From: Paraspadella gotoi
Taxonomy: Eukaryota; Animalia; Chaetognatha
Reading direction: 5' to 3'
DNA: 64,000 nucleotides
NCBI GenBank assembly: GCA_051294375.1
Contig: CM119267.1
Coordinates: 12,239,692-12,303,691 of the forward strand
Program-made: the position numbers and the translations under genes
In this document: in pieces, positions 51,109 to 64,000 of the stretch
Position numbering within the stretch: position 1 is the stretch's first letter
How the letters are laid out: every line of letters begins with the position of its first letter
The notes under the pieces: generated by a model
Databases searched by the model: none
What the model was told of the DNA's origin: nothing
The model's input: the letters and a program-made list of their open reading frames with translations, nothing else

Positions 51109-52292
51109 NNNNNNNNNNNNNNNNNNNNNNNNNAAAAAAAGAGAGAGATTTTTTCGAAATTGAATTTAACGAGCGACTGTAAAAAGGAAGCTTTTGTGAA
51201 GGGGAGAAGGAGGGGAAGGGAAAATCCAAAAACAATTGCGGATAGATTTCGTAGTAATCGCAATCACAGTTTAATTCAAATTGAAGGAAGAGAATTAATT
51301 AAGGATTTGGAAGTCAACTTCTCTGATCCTTCGAGAAAAACTTTAAGAAATTGACAAAAAGTTTACAACATTTAATAAAGGAAAAGTTAGGCGGAAGGAG
51401 AAGGAAGAAGGAGGAATGGAGTGGGGAACCAACGCGATTAATGCAAAGAGAAGATAAGGCAGAGAAATTAATTAAGAAATCGCCCGACAGAACGACGACC
51501 GACCGACGAACGCACGATGTCGACGACGTCAAAGATTTTCAGTGATCAACCACACGCCAGCGTAGAGAATGGGACAATGTGAGGTGATGCCTCATCGGGG
51601 GGCTAATCCCTAACGTGATGTATGACTAGATTTTAATCGGTACCTAATATTAGGTAAAATTTAATTTTCATTGTCTTGGGTATTCTAAGCTTTAATCATT
51701 AATGTACTTATTTAAATGTAAGAGTAAATAAAGAGTTAATAATCAAGACAGCAACTTCGTCGCCAGTCAAAGAAATAAAATAGTGAAGAGAAAATAAAAA
51801 ATTAATGTGATACTGAAGCTAAAATATTTGCCTTAAATTTCCCCAACACCAGAGAGCTGACACAGGGACGACCACTTAACCGGCTCTAAACTCGAAACAC
51901 TTCTCCTTGTCTAATTCGAGTTTGCTCGTGACTCCAGCAAGTACAACCACCCACGTTGTGTCACTCGAATAACCAGAAGTCTATTTTTTACGGGACTAAG
52001 GTTGTAAATTTGTTTCGTTTAACGGCCTTAACATTCGCGCGGGCTATTTCTTGATGATAACGGTTGAACTGTTTATTTGTCCTCTTACGTATATTTTCCT
52101 TTTTCGGAGTGTAGTTTTATATAAGAGTTTTCATAATTGTAGCATTTCGTGATCATTAGTAATTTTATTTTTATTAAATCAAACCTTTCTCTCGAGCTTC
52201 TGTAAAAAATTGAAGTACCCTTGCAAGCGTGTTCGACTAAATTCAGCGATTGCACATGACACAGCGAGAAATATCTGAGCCGAGAAACAACA

Positions 52293-52483
52293 ATGCGCCT
52301 AATATGGCTGATGGTGTTACGCTCTCGTGCGTGGCGTCGTCTCCCGCAGCCGCGCCCATAGAACCAGACTGATTGGCCAAACACGTTGTCTCTCGAAGAA
52401 GATAACGATGGAGACGTTGGAAAAGTCAAGGCGTCCAGACGGAGGCGGTCGCCTAGGGACATCAACCGGCTCACACCGAATGT
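52293..52483 (+). CDS. candidate first coding exon of a secreted protein
   Basis: Eye consensus of three noisy copies (46157-46349 on -, 49145-49351 on +, this one) gives acaATG-MRLIWLMVSIALGVASLP... in a GC-richer island ending at |GTAAGA followed by AT-rich DNA. The downstream frame is ambiguous and no family is recognised. Confidence 0.35.
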
Positions 52484-53746
52484 GTAAGAATAAATTGGGT
52501 TTTTTTAAAATAAAATAATAATCAAGAGTAAGTAACTGGTAGCTTGTAATTAATATAAACGAGCGAACGACTCATATTATATAAGCAGGGTACGTTGTGG
52601 CAGGCAAGACGTTAAAGCTGCCAAGCTCGTCCGTCCGTCAAGCCTCGTCTCAACGGCTGAGCAGGCTAATTCTCTCATTCCATCCGTGCGGTCCTGGGTT
52701 CAATCGCTGGGTCTGGCCGTTCTTGCTTAAATGTGACGGTGCGGTATAAAAATTGGCCAGTCGACTTAGGAGGCGGTCACGTGAGGGTCCGCAGCGCGCC
52801 TACCGCAGTTGGTCGAGTATAGCCACCGCCGCCCGGGTATCACAGCTATCCTCCTTCCGTTGATTAGTACCGCTTTTTTGGTGACGCGGAGAACACACTC
52901 GGGAAACTCTTGGACAAATTTATTGAAATTTAGTTTGAATATTTTTAGTGTTGAATTTGAGTGTGAAAATACAAATAGAACTATCGAGGCGATTTTCAAT
53001 ATTTGACCGCTGAGCCAAGATAATGGGGCCCCGAGGGATCACCCATAAAGTGCAAAAACATTGGTAATCACACAAGATCAGCATGTCATATGTTCAGTTT
53101 TTGAATGAGATGGTGGGAAATTGAATTAAAAAGCTGAACCATCATCTAGAACTTGGTGCTTAATTATATGATTAATTTGTTCAATTTTAAGTTCGATTGT
53201 TTTGACTATGTTTAACAAACGCTCAAGTGCACGCTGATGCGAAACCTACAAAAATTATCAAAATAAATAAAAAACATTTTTTTGTTTTTTTGGCCCCACA
53301 GGGGTTGAATATGTTAAATCGCCTCGATAGATTCCATTATTATAATCGTCATTAAGGACCCATTGTAACAAATTTCATCGAAATTCAATCAGTAGTCTGG
53401 TAGGTAACAGATTCTGGTCACAAAAAAGGGGTATCTCCATCTTATATAATGAAAGGCTTTCTGTAATCGGGAGCCGTTCTTGAAAATAAAAACTTGACAA
53501 TAATTCTTAGGCTGTTTTCCCCTATCGTGTTTCCTCCTCATACTTCTCCTAAATAATATCGATTCAGAAATAATAGCACACAAGAACTGCGTGGAAAATA
53601 CATATATTGACTGTATGCGACAATCTTAATACGGCGAGAAGAATCATGAGGGAGAAAAGGGGGAGAAACTAGTAGGATGAAAGAGAGAAGGTGGAACTGA
53701 ACATCGAAGAACGCGCCTCCCAAATCCCTGGGAGGAGGATGAGGAG

Positions 53747-54408
53747 TAAAGGCGTACGTAAAATTGCTAAATTTAACTTTAATTAAAAATTCCTAAAACG
53801 TGAGGAAAATGAACAATACTATATACTAATAAAACATTTTATGTAAAAAAAAATTCTAAGAATTAAATTTTAACAATTTACGCAGTAGCGCAATACTGGT
53901 ATAATACTAGTATGCAAAACCAATAAATGTGTAAAGACAACACGTGGTTTTCTAGAAGATTTTTTTGCAGATTTGGATTCGCTCATACCAAAAAGTTGAA
54001 TAACAAGAAATGATTAACTCTTTTTTAAAAATTCCTTCATTTAAGTGGATTCCAAAAATCAGAAAAAGCTAATATTTTAAGCTCGAAAATTTTTCTAATA
54101 TATTAAATATAGTTTTTTAAAATTTTTTAACCCACTAATGAAAGTATTTTGTAAAAATGATTCTATCATTTCTTACTCCAACTTTGAGACGAGGAATTCA
54201 TAATCTGCAATCAAAATTAAGAAAAGCCTATTTTTGACAAAAAATTTTCTATTTTAATAGGATAGACTATAAATAATATCAGCGCGACTGCGAAAATTAA
54301 AAAACATAAAATTAATTTTTTTTTACAAATTAATGTTCACTGATGTATGGGTTGTTCATAATTAGAATCTTTTAGAAATCTTCGTATGTCAACTTTCACT
54401 ACGCCTTA
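53747..54408 (-). mobile_element. hAT-like MITE (same insertion as 44353-44970)
   Basis: perfect 8-bp TSD ATGAGGAG at 53739-53746 and 54409-54416. Confidence 0.85.
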
Positions 54409-55402
54409 ATGAGGAGGAGGTGAAATCCGAGAAGGAGAGGGGTATATAGACTATCCCCTTTTTGACAAACTGTATTTGGAATTCAATAAAATGCGAATCC
54501 TGATGCAGTCGATTTGTTTTTATCTATTTCTTGTTTATTTACGTTTTAAAATTTGCAGGCGGCTGTTTGCACTTTTGTTGCACGATTTCCTGAATGCGTA
54601 CCTATTCATCGTGGACAAAGGCGACTTTCAAACAAAGAAGGAAAAAGATCTTTGCGAGCTTTTTAAATGTTATCAACACTTGTACCTTATTTTACAAAAT
54701 CGCGGCGGCGCAAGTTACAGAACTGTCCATATTCACCGAATCGTGTCCAAGCAAACTGAATAGTGGGACTATGTTTATACTGCCTCATCCATAGCCACCT
54801 TACCATATGGTATTTTTAGTTAATTCCAAATACAAATCTTCCTTAATAGAGAAGAAAATACATTGCAAGACATATTGGTAATTTTTACGATAACCATATA
54901 AGTTCACCCGATAACTCTACTCGTGTTTCTTTCTGATATTAATTTTTCAAAGTTACTTTTGCTGTAAACTTTCTCATGTCTCTCTTCTCTCTCTCTCTCT
55001 ATCTCCTCCTCTTCTCTCTTCATCAATGTCTCTCTCTCTCTCTCTCTCTCTCTCTACTCTCTCTCTCTCTCTTCCGCTCTCTCTCTCTCTTTCAAGGACA
55101 GCGATAATGCTGCCAGATCGATAGTCAACTTTTGTCTTTAGTTTTCTCCTAAGCGTCAGTTGATCAAATCGAAGTCATTTATCAGACGCCACATGAAACC
55201 ACGATCAAGTTGCCAAGTGAAGATCGAGTGCTGAGTTTACGATCGCCGATTATCGACGCCACACCCAGTCGCCCACGAATTTCATTTCAGGTTTTCCAGT
55301 TGAGTGATTGACGTCAGCAACGTTACTTCTGTTGCGTCTCAACCCTTTGTCCTACTTTCTTGATTATGAAGAGGCGAACTCAGACACGAAAAAAACTAAT
55401 AC

Positions 55403-55560
55403 TATGAAATTGGTATAACCAATAAAATAGTTAAATCATTCATTTAATAAATAAGTTATCCTGCCCCTGACTTTGAACAGACTATGGTAGGTTAATTCCT
55501 CCATCACTTTTACAAGTAATAACATTGCATGACCCTGCAACCTTTCAATCAAGACTCACA
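55403..55560 (+). repeat. TATGAAATTGGTACAACC-family dispersed repeat (inverted copy at ~43235-43383)
   Basis: tatgaaattggtataaccaata...cattcatttaataaataag...cctgactttg...cctccatcacttttacaag...ccctgcaacctttcaatc. Confidence 0.7.
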
Positions 55561-57266
55561 TTCAAGTTCGAAGAAACAACTAAGAACCAAAAATATTTGT
55601 CTTTATCGTCGTCATCACCATTATGATTATCCCAATCATCTTTGTCGTCTTCTTTGTCATCGTTATCGTCATCGTCATCGTCATGGCCACGCCGTCGACG
55701 ATGACGACCACCGATGACGAGCGCGAACAAATCCAGGATTAGCATTTAAAAAAGTCGGCGCCCGCTTTGAATAGATTAAGTCGGGAATTAGAAAGCCGCC
55801 TTTTTTGCATTGTGATGGAGATAGACGTTGGAGAAAAAAAAATTAAAACATTAAACGATAAAAAATAAAAAAGGGTTTAGTTATAAAGAAGTTATAAAAG
55901 AAGTTTTAATACCACCGCTTCGACGGTCGGGGCGGAATAGAGACGAGTGGAGGCCGTCCGCTAAAATGGCGGCGGTTTTAATGTTTTATGACTGATAAAC
56001 CATTTGAAATGGGAAACGTGATCTGCCGGTTCCATGTACTCTTCCATACAAGAGTCATGGATGAATGTAAATTGGCAAAGGTTTTTTTTTTGCTGTGGGA
56101 CGGAATGGTGATTAATAAATAATTTACTTGAATTATTTAAACTATTGATTCTGATTAAATCTGATTTGAGATCCAAAGTTAAATAGTGAGACCCGATACC
56201 GTCCATTGGTGGTAAAAAATAATATTTTCCTAATCTAATATTAGTAGATACAAAGGTGGATTTTTTATATTTTCAAATCGTTTTGAAAATTTGTGGTTTT
56301 TGTAAACAGTACCATGATGATCATTGATGGAAAAAAAATTGTCGCGGTTTGGAAAAGTCGGTTAATTTCATTGTCAAATATATTTTTTGGTCATTAAATA
56401 GATTTTAATATATAATATGACCTCCCTTGGACTGAATAAAAATATTATTTCTCAACAGCATAAAAATATTTATTACTTCCAAAAGAGGTTATCTTTTTGA
56501 TCAAAAGGACTACTCATATTATTATTAATATTATATCTCTGACATTAATATTTTTATCAGATTTAGGGCAAAAATGGTCCTTGGCAAACAGTGAAAAGGA
56601 TTGATCCCCTATAAAGTAAATCTGGCTTGAGTTGTTGCTGATATTGTGATGATATGTATTATCTTTCCCTTCAATAAATCTTAGATTTTTTTTTGGACTT
56701 GTTTGATACTTCGTTCTGATAATACATCCAGAAGTAAATAAAAATGATAACTTTGCTCACAGAAAGGTTACCCGGGGCCTTATAACTTTTATTAATACTT
56801 TACAATATAAAAAAAATATTCTGGAGCATTTACAGCATCAATATATTTTTAATATCACTCTTTTTTAACATATAAACTAATATTCATCCCTGAATCTATC
56901 TTAATAGAGATGATGCAATAACCATTTGACATGAGACTAAGAAAAGGCAGGGATTTTTAATAATAATGATTTAACTCAAAAAGTAATAAAAAAGAACCGG
57001 AAATTAATATAAATAAAAAGTGTAGATATGAAAAAGATAAAAAAGGAAGCATTTTTTTGGATAACTCATTTTTTTTGGCATAGAACTCTTTTATTTTTTG
57101 TCGTACATAAATAAGATACAGCTCATATAAATCACATAAAGCCAAAGTTTTTTGATATGTAAATTTTATTTTTCTATTCTTATATTAAAATGCCGAAAAA
57201 TAGCTGGAAAGTAACCGCGACAATTTTTTTTCCATCATTGTATAAAAAGAAAATAAATCTTTCAAA

Positions 57267-58150
57267 AACAAGTTTGAGCAAACAATTTCGTATCTGCCCA
57301 CGATCATTAGTTAATATGATCCGAAATATTTGTTTTTAGATCTTTTCGTCACTGACTATGACAAAAGCAATAACGACGATGATGGCGACGACGGCAATAA
57401 TGCCGATAACGATTGACTTGATTCATTGATTCATTGATTAAATAATTAATTAATTTATAAATAAATTAATTGATTGAATAATTAATTAATAGAAAAATAA
57501 ATTGATAGATTGAATAATTAATTGATTGATTAATTGACTAATTAATTACTTATTGATTAATTAATTGACTAATTGATTAATTAACTGATTAATTATTTGA
57601 TTAATTAATACATCTTGCATTTACATTTAATAAGAAAAAGAAGCATAATCAATTAGTGAAACAGGTTTTTTGATTTTTCCATTTAAACTCATTTCCACTC
57701 AGACGATTCCATCGAAACTTCATTTCCAGCTTAATCACACACTTTCCTACCCACATCCAAAATTTCAAGTCACTCGCCCCATCCACTGATTGGTAATTTG
57801 CGTTCAAATATTAAAAAATATTGTTTTGTTTTTTCCATTTAAACTCATTTCCACTCGCACGCACGAATCCATCAAAACTTCATATCCCGCTCAATCACAC
57901 ACTTCCCTATCCATTCATCCAATCACGAATAATTTTTTGCTAAGGTGGGACGGACGGAAGACAGACAAACAAACAGACAGACAGACGGAAGGACGGTCGG
58001 ACGGACATCATTTTTTTGGCATAATTTATCATAATTCGAGGTTCTGACATGATATAAGTAAATGCCCGACAAGATTGAGGGGGCGGACCGAGGGACCGAC
58101 AAAGTGAATTATAGAGACAAGATCTGTTTATAAGCAGATCCGACTAAAAA
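57267..58150 (-). mobile_element. DINE-1-like HINE, copy 2
   Basis: aacaagtttgagcaaac end, degenerate subTIR ttcgtatctgcc paired with agcagatccgac, (GACA/GACG)n tract, conserved core cataatttatcataatt..gttctga..cgacaaagtg, central ATTGATTA-type array and an internal ~160-bp tandem duplication. Confidence 0.75.
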
Positions 58151-59629
58151 GTAAGTTTTCGGGCGCGACGGTGAAGAAAGGTCACGTGGTCGTGAAACCC
58201 GTCACCAGCTCAAAGACACTTATATTAGGGGCGACGACGTCTTGGTCACCCTTGACTCATCGTCCCTCGCTCCTTTTCCTCTTTCCCCTTCTCGTAGTTT
58301 CAGCCTTTAATTTCGTATTCCGGGCCAAATCTGGCGGCGAATTAAAGCCATTCAGTCGGAAACCCCCGAACAGCTCAAAGTCTTAAGGGGAGAGGGCTCC
58401 TCAAGGGTCCAGCCATTTATAACGACCTTGTTTAAATAAAAAATTATTTTGTTCAAAAATTATAGGCAGTTGCTTTGAATATTTAAAATATAAGTTATTG
58501 ATTCTGTCTCTAATTAAAAATGATTCTTCTTAAGAAACAATCAAACCTTTCAAAATATATTTTTTGTATAATTACTATTTCATTTAACTTTATATTATTT
58601 CTGAATTTGCTCCTCCTCAGAGAAGCTTCTCTCCCCTTAGGACCCTTTCTTATTTTTCTTTCGTTTTTTCTTCTGGAGGCGGAACAGAAATTTCTCCTGA
58701 GTCAGCGACGATAAACAGAGAAACAACTTTGGGACTGATGGCGACCTATTCCTTTCGTTCTCCCTCTCGCTCTCGCTCTCCTCGCCCTTCCCTCTACCTT
58801 TAACTCTCTCTTTCTCTTTCCCGCTCGTTTTTTTGGCTTCTCGTTAACTCGCTTCCTTTCTTCTTATCTCGCTCGTTTTGGCTATATTTTGGATCGCTTG
58901 AGCTTCTTTGTGACGTCGTCGTCGTCGTTGTCGTCTGTGTCGGCGTCACACTTTTTTATATAAAAACTTCTACGCTTTTATAGTTTTGGCTGGGACTTAC
59001 CGTTTTTTTTTAAATAAAAATTATTATGACTTACGATAAAGTTTTATAAAAGTATGCGATCATAATAAGTTAAAAATTTAGATATGGGTTATCATCTTAA
59101 AATAGCTTTGAAATTTTTATATTACATTTGGATTCAAGTATTTTTTTGTTTGAATTTCTAATTCATTATGATTTACTGAAATATGCAAATGAGATTATAG
59201 TACTCATTATAATATCCAAATTAGTATATAGAAATGCTTTAATCTAATTTACATATTGCAGTAAATAATATTGAAGATGAAATTCATAAAAAAATCTTTG
59301 AATCAATAAAAAACATGTGAAATCAATAGATTTTTTCATTAATTTTCCTGATAGTAACGTCTGGCGAGATCACTATACTTTTAAGATTTTTTATATAGTA
59401 TTCCTTGTGGCTTTGGTTTTCTCTCTCTCTCTCTCTCGCTCTCTCCATATATTCGATCTAGTTCTTGATCTCCCTTACCCCCTCGCGGCCTCTCACGCTT
59501 TTGCCTTCGCTTCACCCATTATATCTCAGTTGATACATAAGAAACTTCCCGCTTGTCCTTTATCTTTATTATGACAGCCTCACCAGTCAACACCCACCCC
59601 CGTCATTGATGGTTAAAAGAGGGTTAGAA

Positions 59630-59775
59630 TGGGAGGTGAGAGAGAGAAAGTGGGGGTTGGAAGGGGGGGTGAGAGAGAGAAAAGGGGGGTTGGAAGGGGG
59701 GTGAGAGTTAGAAAGGGGGGCTCGGAAGGGGGGGTGAGAGAGAGAAAGGGTGGGTTGGAAGGGGGGGTGTGAGAG
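59630..59775. repeat. G-rich ~31-bp minisatellite, about 4-5 units
   Basis: ggaagggggggtgagagagagaaagggggtt units. Confidence 0.85.
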
Positions 59776-60348
59776 ACAGAACCCCGCGTTTTTCTCGGAA
59801 AATTGATCTCGTTTGGCAGCCGGAAAAATGGGTGAAGGCGGTAGTTAGGCTTTGGCAGCGCGAGAGAACGGCTTCTCCTTTGAAACAATCCAGCCATCGA
59901 AGGAAAAAAAGCCCTTGTTACTGATCCTTTTCTGCAGTATTCTATTTTTGGAAATATATTGTGCTCTCGAAGAAAAAAAGTAATAACAACAAAATTTCAG
60001 TTTAAACAAAATTTCGAATGAAATAAAATAGATGTGACGTAAATTAAGCCTTTAACATACGCACATATAAAATCGAAAGGTGCATTTTATCTAATGGCGA
60101 CAGAGCTTTAGTACATTTGTAAATTTGTACTTTAGTATATTTATTTTTGTAATCATATTTTTCGCTTCGCGGAAAATGGAAAAATGTCAAGGGAGATGAC
60201 AGACTCGTGCTTCTGTTTTGATTGCGTCTCGAATTTTTTGGATTGAAAATAGAATTACAAAGAAAAAAGGGAGAAAAAAAAATTGATGAATGGACGCGGG
60301 GAAAACATAATTCGGCCTGGAGAGGGAGGGAGGTTGGGGGGGAGAAGG

Positions 60349-60415
60349 AGAGAGTGGTTTGCAAGAGTGGTTTTGAGGGTCGTTTGCGAGAGTGGTTTCT
60401 AAGGGTGGTTTGCGA
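60349..60415. repeat. degenerate ~13-bp tandem repeat GAGAGTGGTTTGC
   Basis: gagagtggtttgc aagagtggttttg agggtcgtttgc gagagtggtttct aagggtggtttgc. Confidence 0.75.
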
Positions 60416-60645
60416 GGATAGTCGAAATAACGGGAGTGTGGAGTTTCATGTGAGAAGGAGACAGTGAGAGAGTGATGGGTAAATGTGATGCCCGTGAGGA
60501 AACTGAAGATGGCGGAATTGGGTGACGTGGGCGAAGATGGAGCATCAAGGGAAAATCTCGTGGGCGCGAGAATTCTAGTTTGGATGAATGACAGACATAA
60601 ATTCGACGCCGAGCAAAACAAATTTTGTTTTCTACAGTTGCTCTT

Positions 60646-60767
<122 letters not shown>

Positions 60768-60826
60768 TCGTGTTCTACCCCTTCCCCCAGGGAACGACCC
60801 CTATTCCCCTTTCTCCCGAGACTCAC

Positions 60827-60969
60827 CTGTTGTAGAAGTACAAACAATTACAGAGACACTGGTAGAAGGAAGCCAAGTCGGGCGGGCTCATGCGATTCTC
60901 CCCATTGCCTTCTGCTGAGACTGCGGCTGCTGTGAGTGCGGCGACGAGAGGCAGGTCGCCCTCTGCCAT
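60827..60969 (-). CDS. candidate first exon, unknown product
   Basis: Open frame MAEGDLPLVAALTAAAVSAEGNGENRMSPPDLASFYQCLCNCLYFYN ends at a consensus donor CAG|GTGAGT, in a GC-rich island downstream of promoter-like motifs. It could equally be a 5' UTR exon. Confidence 0.3.
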
Positions 60970-61044
60970 CAGAATCGGATTTGGTGCTGCAGCCCGACAC
61001 TCGCTGCAGCCGCGAAGGCGCTGGCAGCCGCAGACGCCCGCGTA

Positions 61045-61150
61045 GGGGCGGGACGAACGCAGTGCAGCGGAATGTACTGCCGCTGCGTCGACGACGACGA
61101 AAGTCTCTCATTGGACAAAGCGAAAAAGGGGGGAAGCGCGCTCATTGGAC
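61045..61150 (-). promoter_or_regulatory. putative Pol II promoter: tandem CCAAT boxes and a GC box
   Basis: identical 10-mer CTCATTGGAC (GTCCAATGAG on -) at 61107-61116 and 61141-61150, 34 bp apart; GGGGCGGGA at 61045-61053. Confidence 0.4.
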
Positions 61151-61897
61151 GAGACGGTGCGATGGGGTTGACGAGTTATTTTTTTTTACAACTTTCCGAA
61201 TTATTGATTTCAGGTTGTCCTGTAACGTGAATTGTTATGTTTTTTTCAATCTTTATAAATCTTGTTTTTATTGCTATTTCACACTTTTCTCAAAGTTTGA
61301 TGACGCTAATGTAATCGTAAAAAAAGTATTATAAATTTGTGGTTCACCGTTTGATTGTTTCTCTTGGTTGTAAGCTCAATCGATATTTTTTCCGAATCAG
61401 AATAAGATTTTGTCAACTAAATTTTTTTTAAATGTCGTCAAAGAGCGACGTCTATCAATATTTTTTTTAAAAATCTATCATTCCTATTTTTTCTTAAGCG
61501 TTGCCGTTTTTCTTGTTATTTTTTTAAACGAACATTTATTGATTTTTTAATTTTTTAATTTTTTGATTCATCACCATGGAAACGACGCCTGCGACGACGA
61601 AGAGAACGACGAAGAACAAGGAGCGACGACGAAAACAAATTCGTCGCCGTCGGCGTAAATAAAATCCAGACTTTTTTATTTATTTTTTTTTTAAGACTTA
61701 TTTTTATTTCGTACTCGAAACGCGTTTCACAGGTTTCGATGTTTTTGTTGTCGTTTATATTGAAATGATTCTTTTTTTTTTCGTTGCGTTTTATATTTTT
61801 TATTCCTTTAAAAAAACACTTTTCCCGTCGAAATCTCCCGAGTATTTTATTTTTTTCACTGAAAAGAAAGAAATATGAAAAAATGAAAAAATGAAAA

Positions 61898-62783
61898 AAC
61901 AAGTTTGAGCCAACAATGTCGGATCTACCTACGATTAAGCGGTAATAGCTAATCCGATGATAAATCATGGTAATTTTTTCTAACTTTCAATTTAAGATCC
62001 TAACAAATTGTAACATAACAAATCATAACAAACTTCTTAATAAATCTATGAAAAAATCTATAAATCAATTTATTTATCAATCATTACCAGTAGCTGCGTC
62101 AAAACCAACTGACATAATTTGGTCAACTTGCATAATTTTGTAATTTTGCATAATTTGATCAACTTGCATAATTTGATCAACTTTAATAATTTATTCAACT
62201 TGCTTTATTTGGTCAACTTGCAAAATTTAGTCAACAGGCGTAATTTGGTCATCTGACTTAATTTTATTCAACAGGCATAATTTGGTCAACAGGCATAATT
62301 TGGTCAACTGGTTTAATATGGTCAACTGGCATGATTTAGTCAATTTGAATAATTTGGTCAACTGACATAATTTTTTCAACTGGCATAATTTGGTCAACTG
62401 GCATAATGTTGTCAACTCGCATAATTTGGTCTACTCATATAATTTGGTCTACTTGCTAAATTTGGTCAACTGTCAAATATAATTTGGACAACTGACAAAA
62501 TTTGGTCAACCGGCATAATTTGTCAACTGGCATTATTTGGTCACTGGCATATATTGGTCGACTGGCATAATTTGGTCAGTCAATCAATCAATCACGGACA
62601 GATGGATGGACGGAAAGAAAGACGGACGGACGGACGGACATCGTTTTTTTTTGTATAATTTATCATAATTCGATGTTCTGATCTGATTCAAGTGAGTGCC
62701 CGACAACCTTTTGGGGTGCGACCGACAGACCGACAAAGTGGATTTTAGAATCGGAATCTGCTGATAAGCAAATCCGACTAAAA
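61898..62783 (-). mobile_element. DINE-1-like HINE, copy 3
   Basis: aacaagtttgagc end, subTIR gtcggatctacc / agcaaatccgac, terminal hairpin tcggaatctgct-gata-agcaaatccga, (GACG)n tract and the shared core. Confidence 0.78.
62110..62580. repeat. 18-bp tandem array (GGCATAATTTGGTCAACT)n inside HINE copy 3
   Basis: about 25 imperfect units; source of the LTKLCQ repeat ORF. Confidence 0.9.
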
Positions 62784-64000
62784 TGTGAAAAGAGAAAATT
62801 CTAACGTCGCAAGAGAGCGAAAAGTTTATATACAAAAACGTACGACGGTGAAGATGAAAATAAAGGAAACGACGGCGCGCCCATCCATCACGCCGACTCT
62901 CCCCCCCCTTTCCCCCACGCCTATCTCCCCTCCCCTCCTTCGCCCTCTCGCCTTTTGTTCCATATCATTTTGTTTTCTTCGTTGATCCCGGGGAGGCGCT
63001 TTTTTTTTTGGTTCCTTTTTTGTTCTTTTCTTTTGTTCTTTTGTTTTTCTTCACCGATTTCGTTTTCGCCTCATCCCCCCCACGTCCCCTCCTTCTCCGC
63101 TTTCCGTCGCGATTCCCGGGTGCGCTTCCTCGTTTTCCAGAGAGGGGGGGCGCTGCTTGTTGCGCCTCGGCCAAGGAGTAAAGTGATTGGGGGCGTTGGA
63201 GTGTTCTTGATAAAATAAGTGACAGAGCGAAGGGAAGAAAAATGTGTAAGAAGGATATTTGTAAAAAACCTTTAAAAAATTAGGTTGCGCACTGCTCTGC
63301 TTAGTGGAGAAAACGAATAAAATAAATAAAATAAAATAAAATGAAAAACTAAATGAGAAACAGATCAAATGAAGAAAGAGACGAAATTAAAAAGACGCAA
63401 AAAGAAAGTAAAACTAAAAGAGAAAAAGATAAAAAGAAATAAAAAAAAGGACAAATGTGGAAGTTGAGAAGAGAAGAAAGTAGAAAAGAGAAGGAAACAA
63501 TTTTTTAAAAACTTCTAATAACTAATGAAAGGCACTATTTTCTATTCGTAAACCTTAATCCGTGAACTTATTTTTAACTCTTATATTTATCCCTAATTTA
63601 ATTACCAAATCCCTATTCTCAAACTTTGTCAAAACATATCTTTGAAAATGATTTCCCGAATGAAAAATTTGTGTCTTACTTTCTGGAATATTTTTAAAAT
63701 AGTCTTTAAAAAATAATAATAATATTTATATGACCTGAAAGCCCTTTAAAAACTGTATACTATGATACATTTTTCGATTATGTAATAGCAGATTCGAGAA
63801 CGAAAGTTTTTAGTATTTTTACAACGATTTTATTACAAAGTATTGGACATGTTTCGACTCTTGTTTTCGAGTCTTTATCGGCAGCTTTATTTTTATGTTA
63901 GAGCTTTCGTAAGTATATCATTTTTTCATATTTTTAAGGGCTTTCTGAGGATATTAATATTGTTAATACCTTGATAAATACTTTGTGAGTTGGAAAATGA

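Larger units (their letters stand above)
51134..56491 (+). repeat. redundant copy C of the same locus
   Basis: 51134-52135 matches about 41350-42290; 52131-56491 is the reverse complement of 42293-46498. Confidence 0.92.

Noticed and set aside
61098-61172. RNase MRP RNA (GAAAGTC...ATGGGGTT)
   Set aside because: The spacing is far too short and P4 pairing is poor; the promoter interpretation is simpler.
62110-62580. CRISPR-like array or LTKLCQ repeat protein
   Set aside because: The 18-bp units are head-to-tail with no unique spacers, there are no cas genes, the context is eukaryotic and the array sits inside a HINE.

Overview
Eukaryotic (probably invertebrate animal) AT-rich genomic DNA from a noisy draft scaffold. 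It is not prokaryotic, and most ORF-track entries are translations of (AG)n/(CT)n/(GAC)n microsatellites. Roughly half the window is redundant. About 7.5-21.8 kb is repeated at 21.9-31.5 kb, and 40.6-46.5 kb recurs at 46.9-51.1 kb and 51.1-56.5 kb, partly inverted. The copies differ mainly by indel noise and are joined by six gaps of exactly 25 N, which points to uncollapsed haplotypes or raw long-read gap filling. Supportable features: (1) an internally deleted Ty3/Gypsy integrase remnant joined to a TG-starting leader with a tRNA-like module; (2) a non-autonomous hAT-like MITE family with 8-bp TSDs, seen as both filled and empty alleles at two loci; (3) a related TAAGGCG-ended family; (4) a TA-flanked MITE; (5) three DINE-1-like Helentron-associated elements (HINEs), each with a different central tandem array; (6) a dispersed ~150-bp repeat and many micro/minisatellites. 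No complete host gene is recognisable. Two candidate first exons and two hairpin-dense GC-rich islands are the best leads. I found no convincing evidence of a new multi-gene system.
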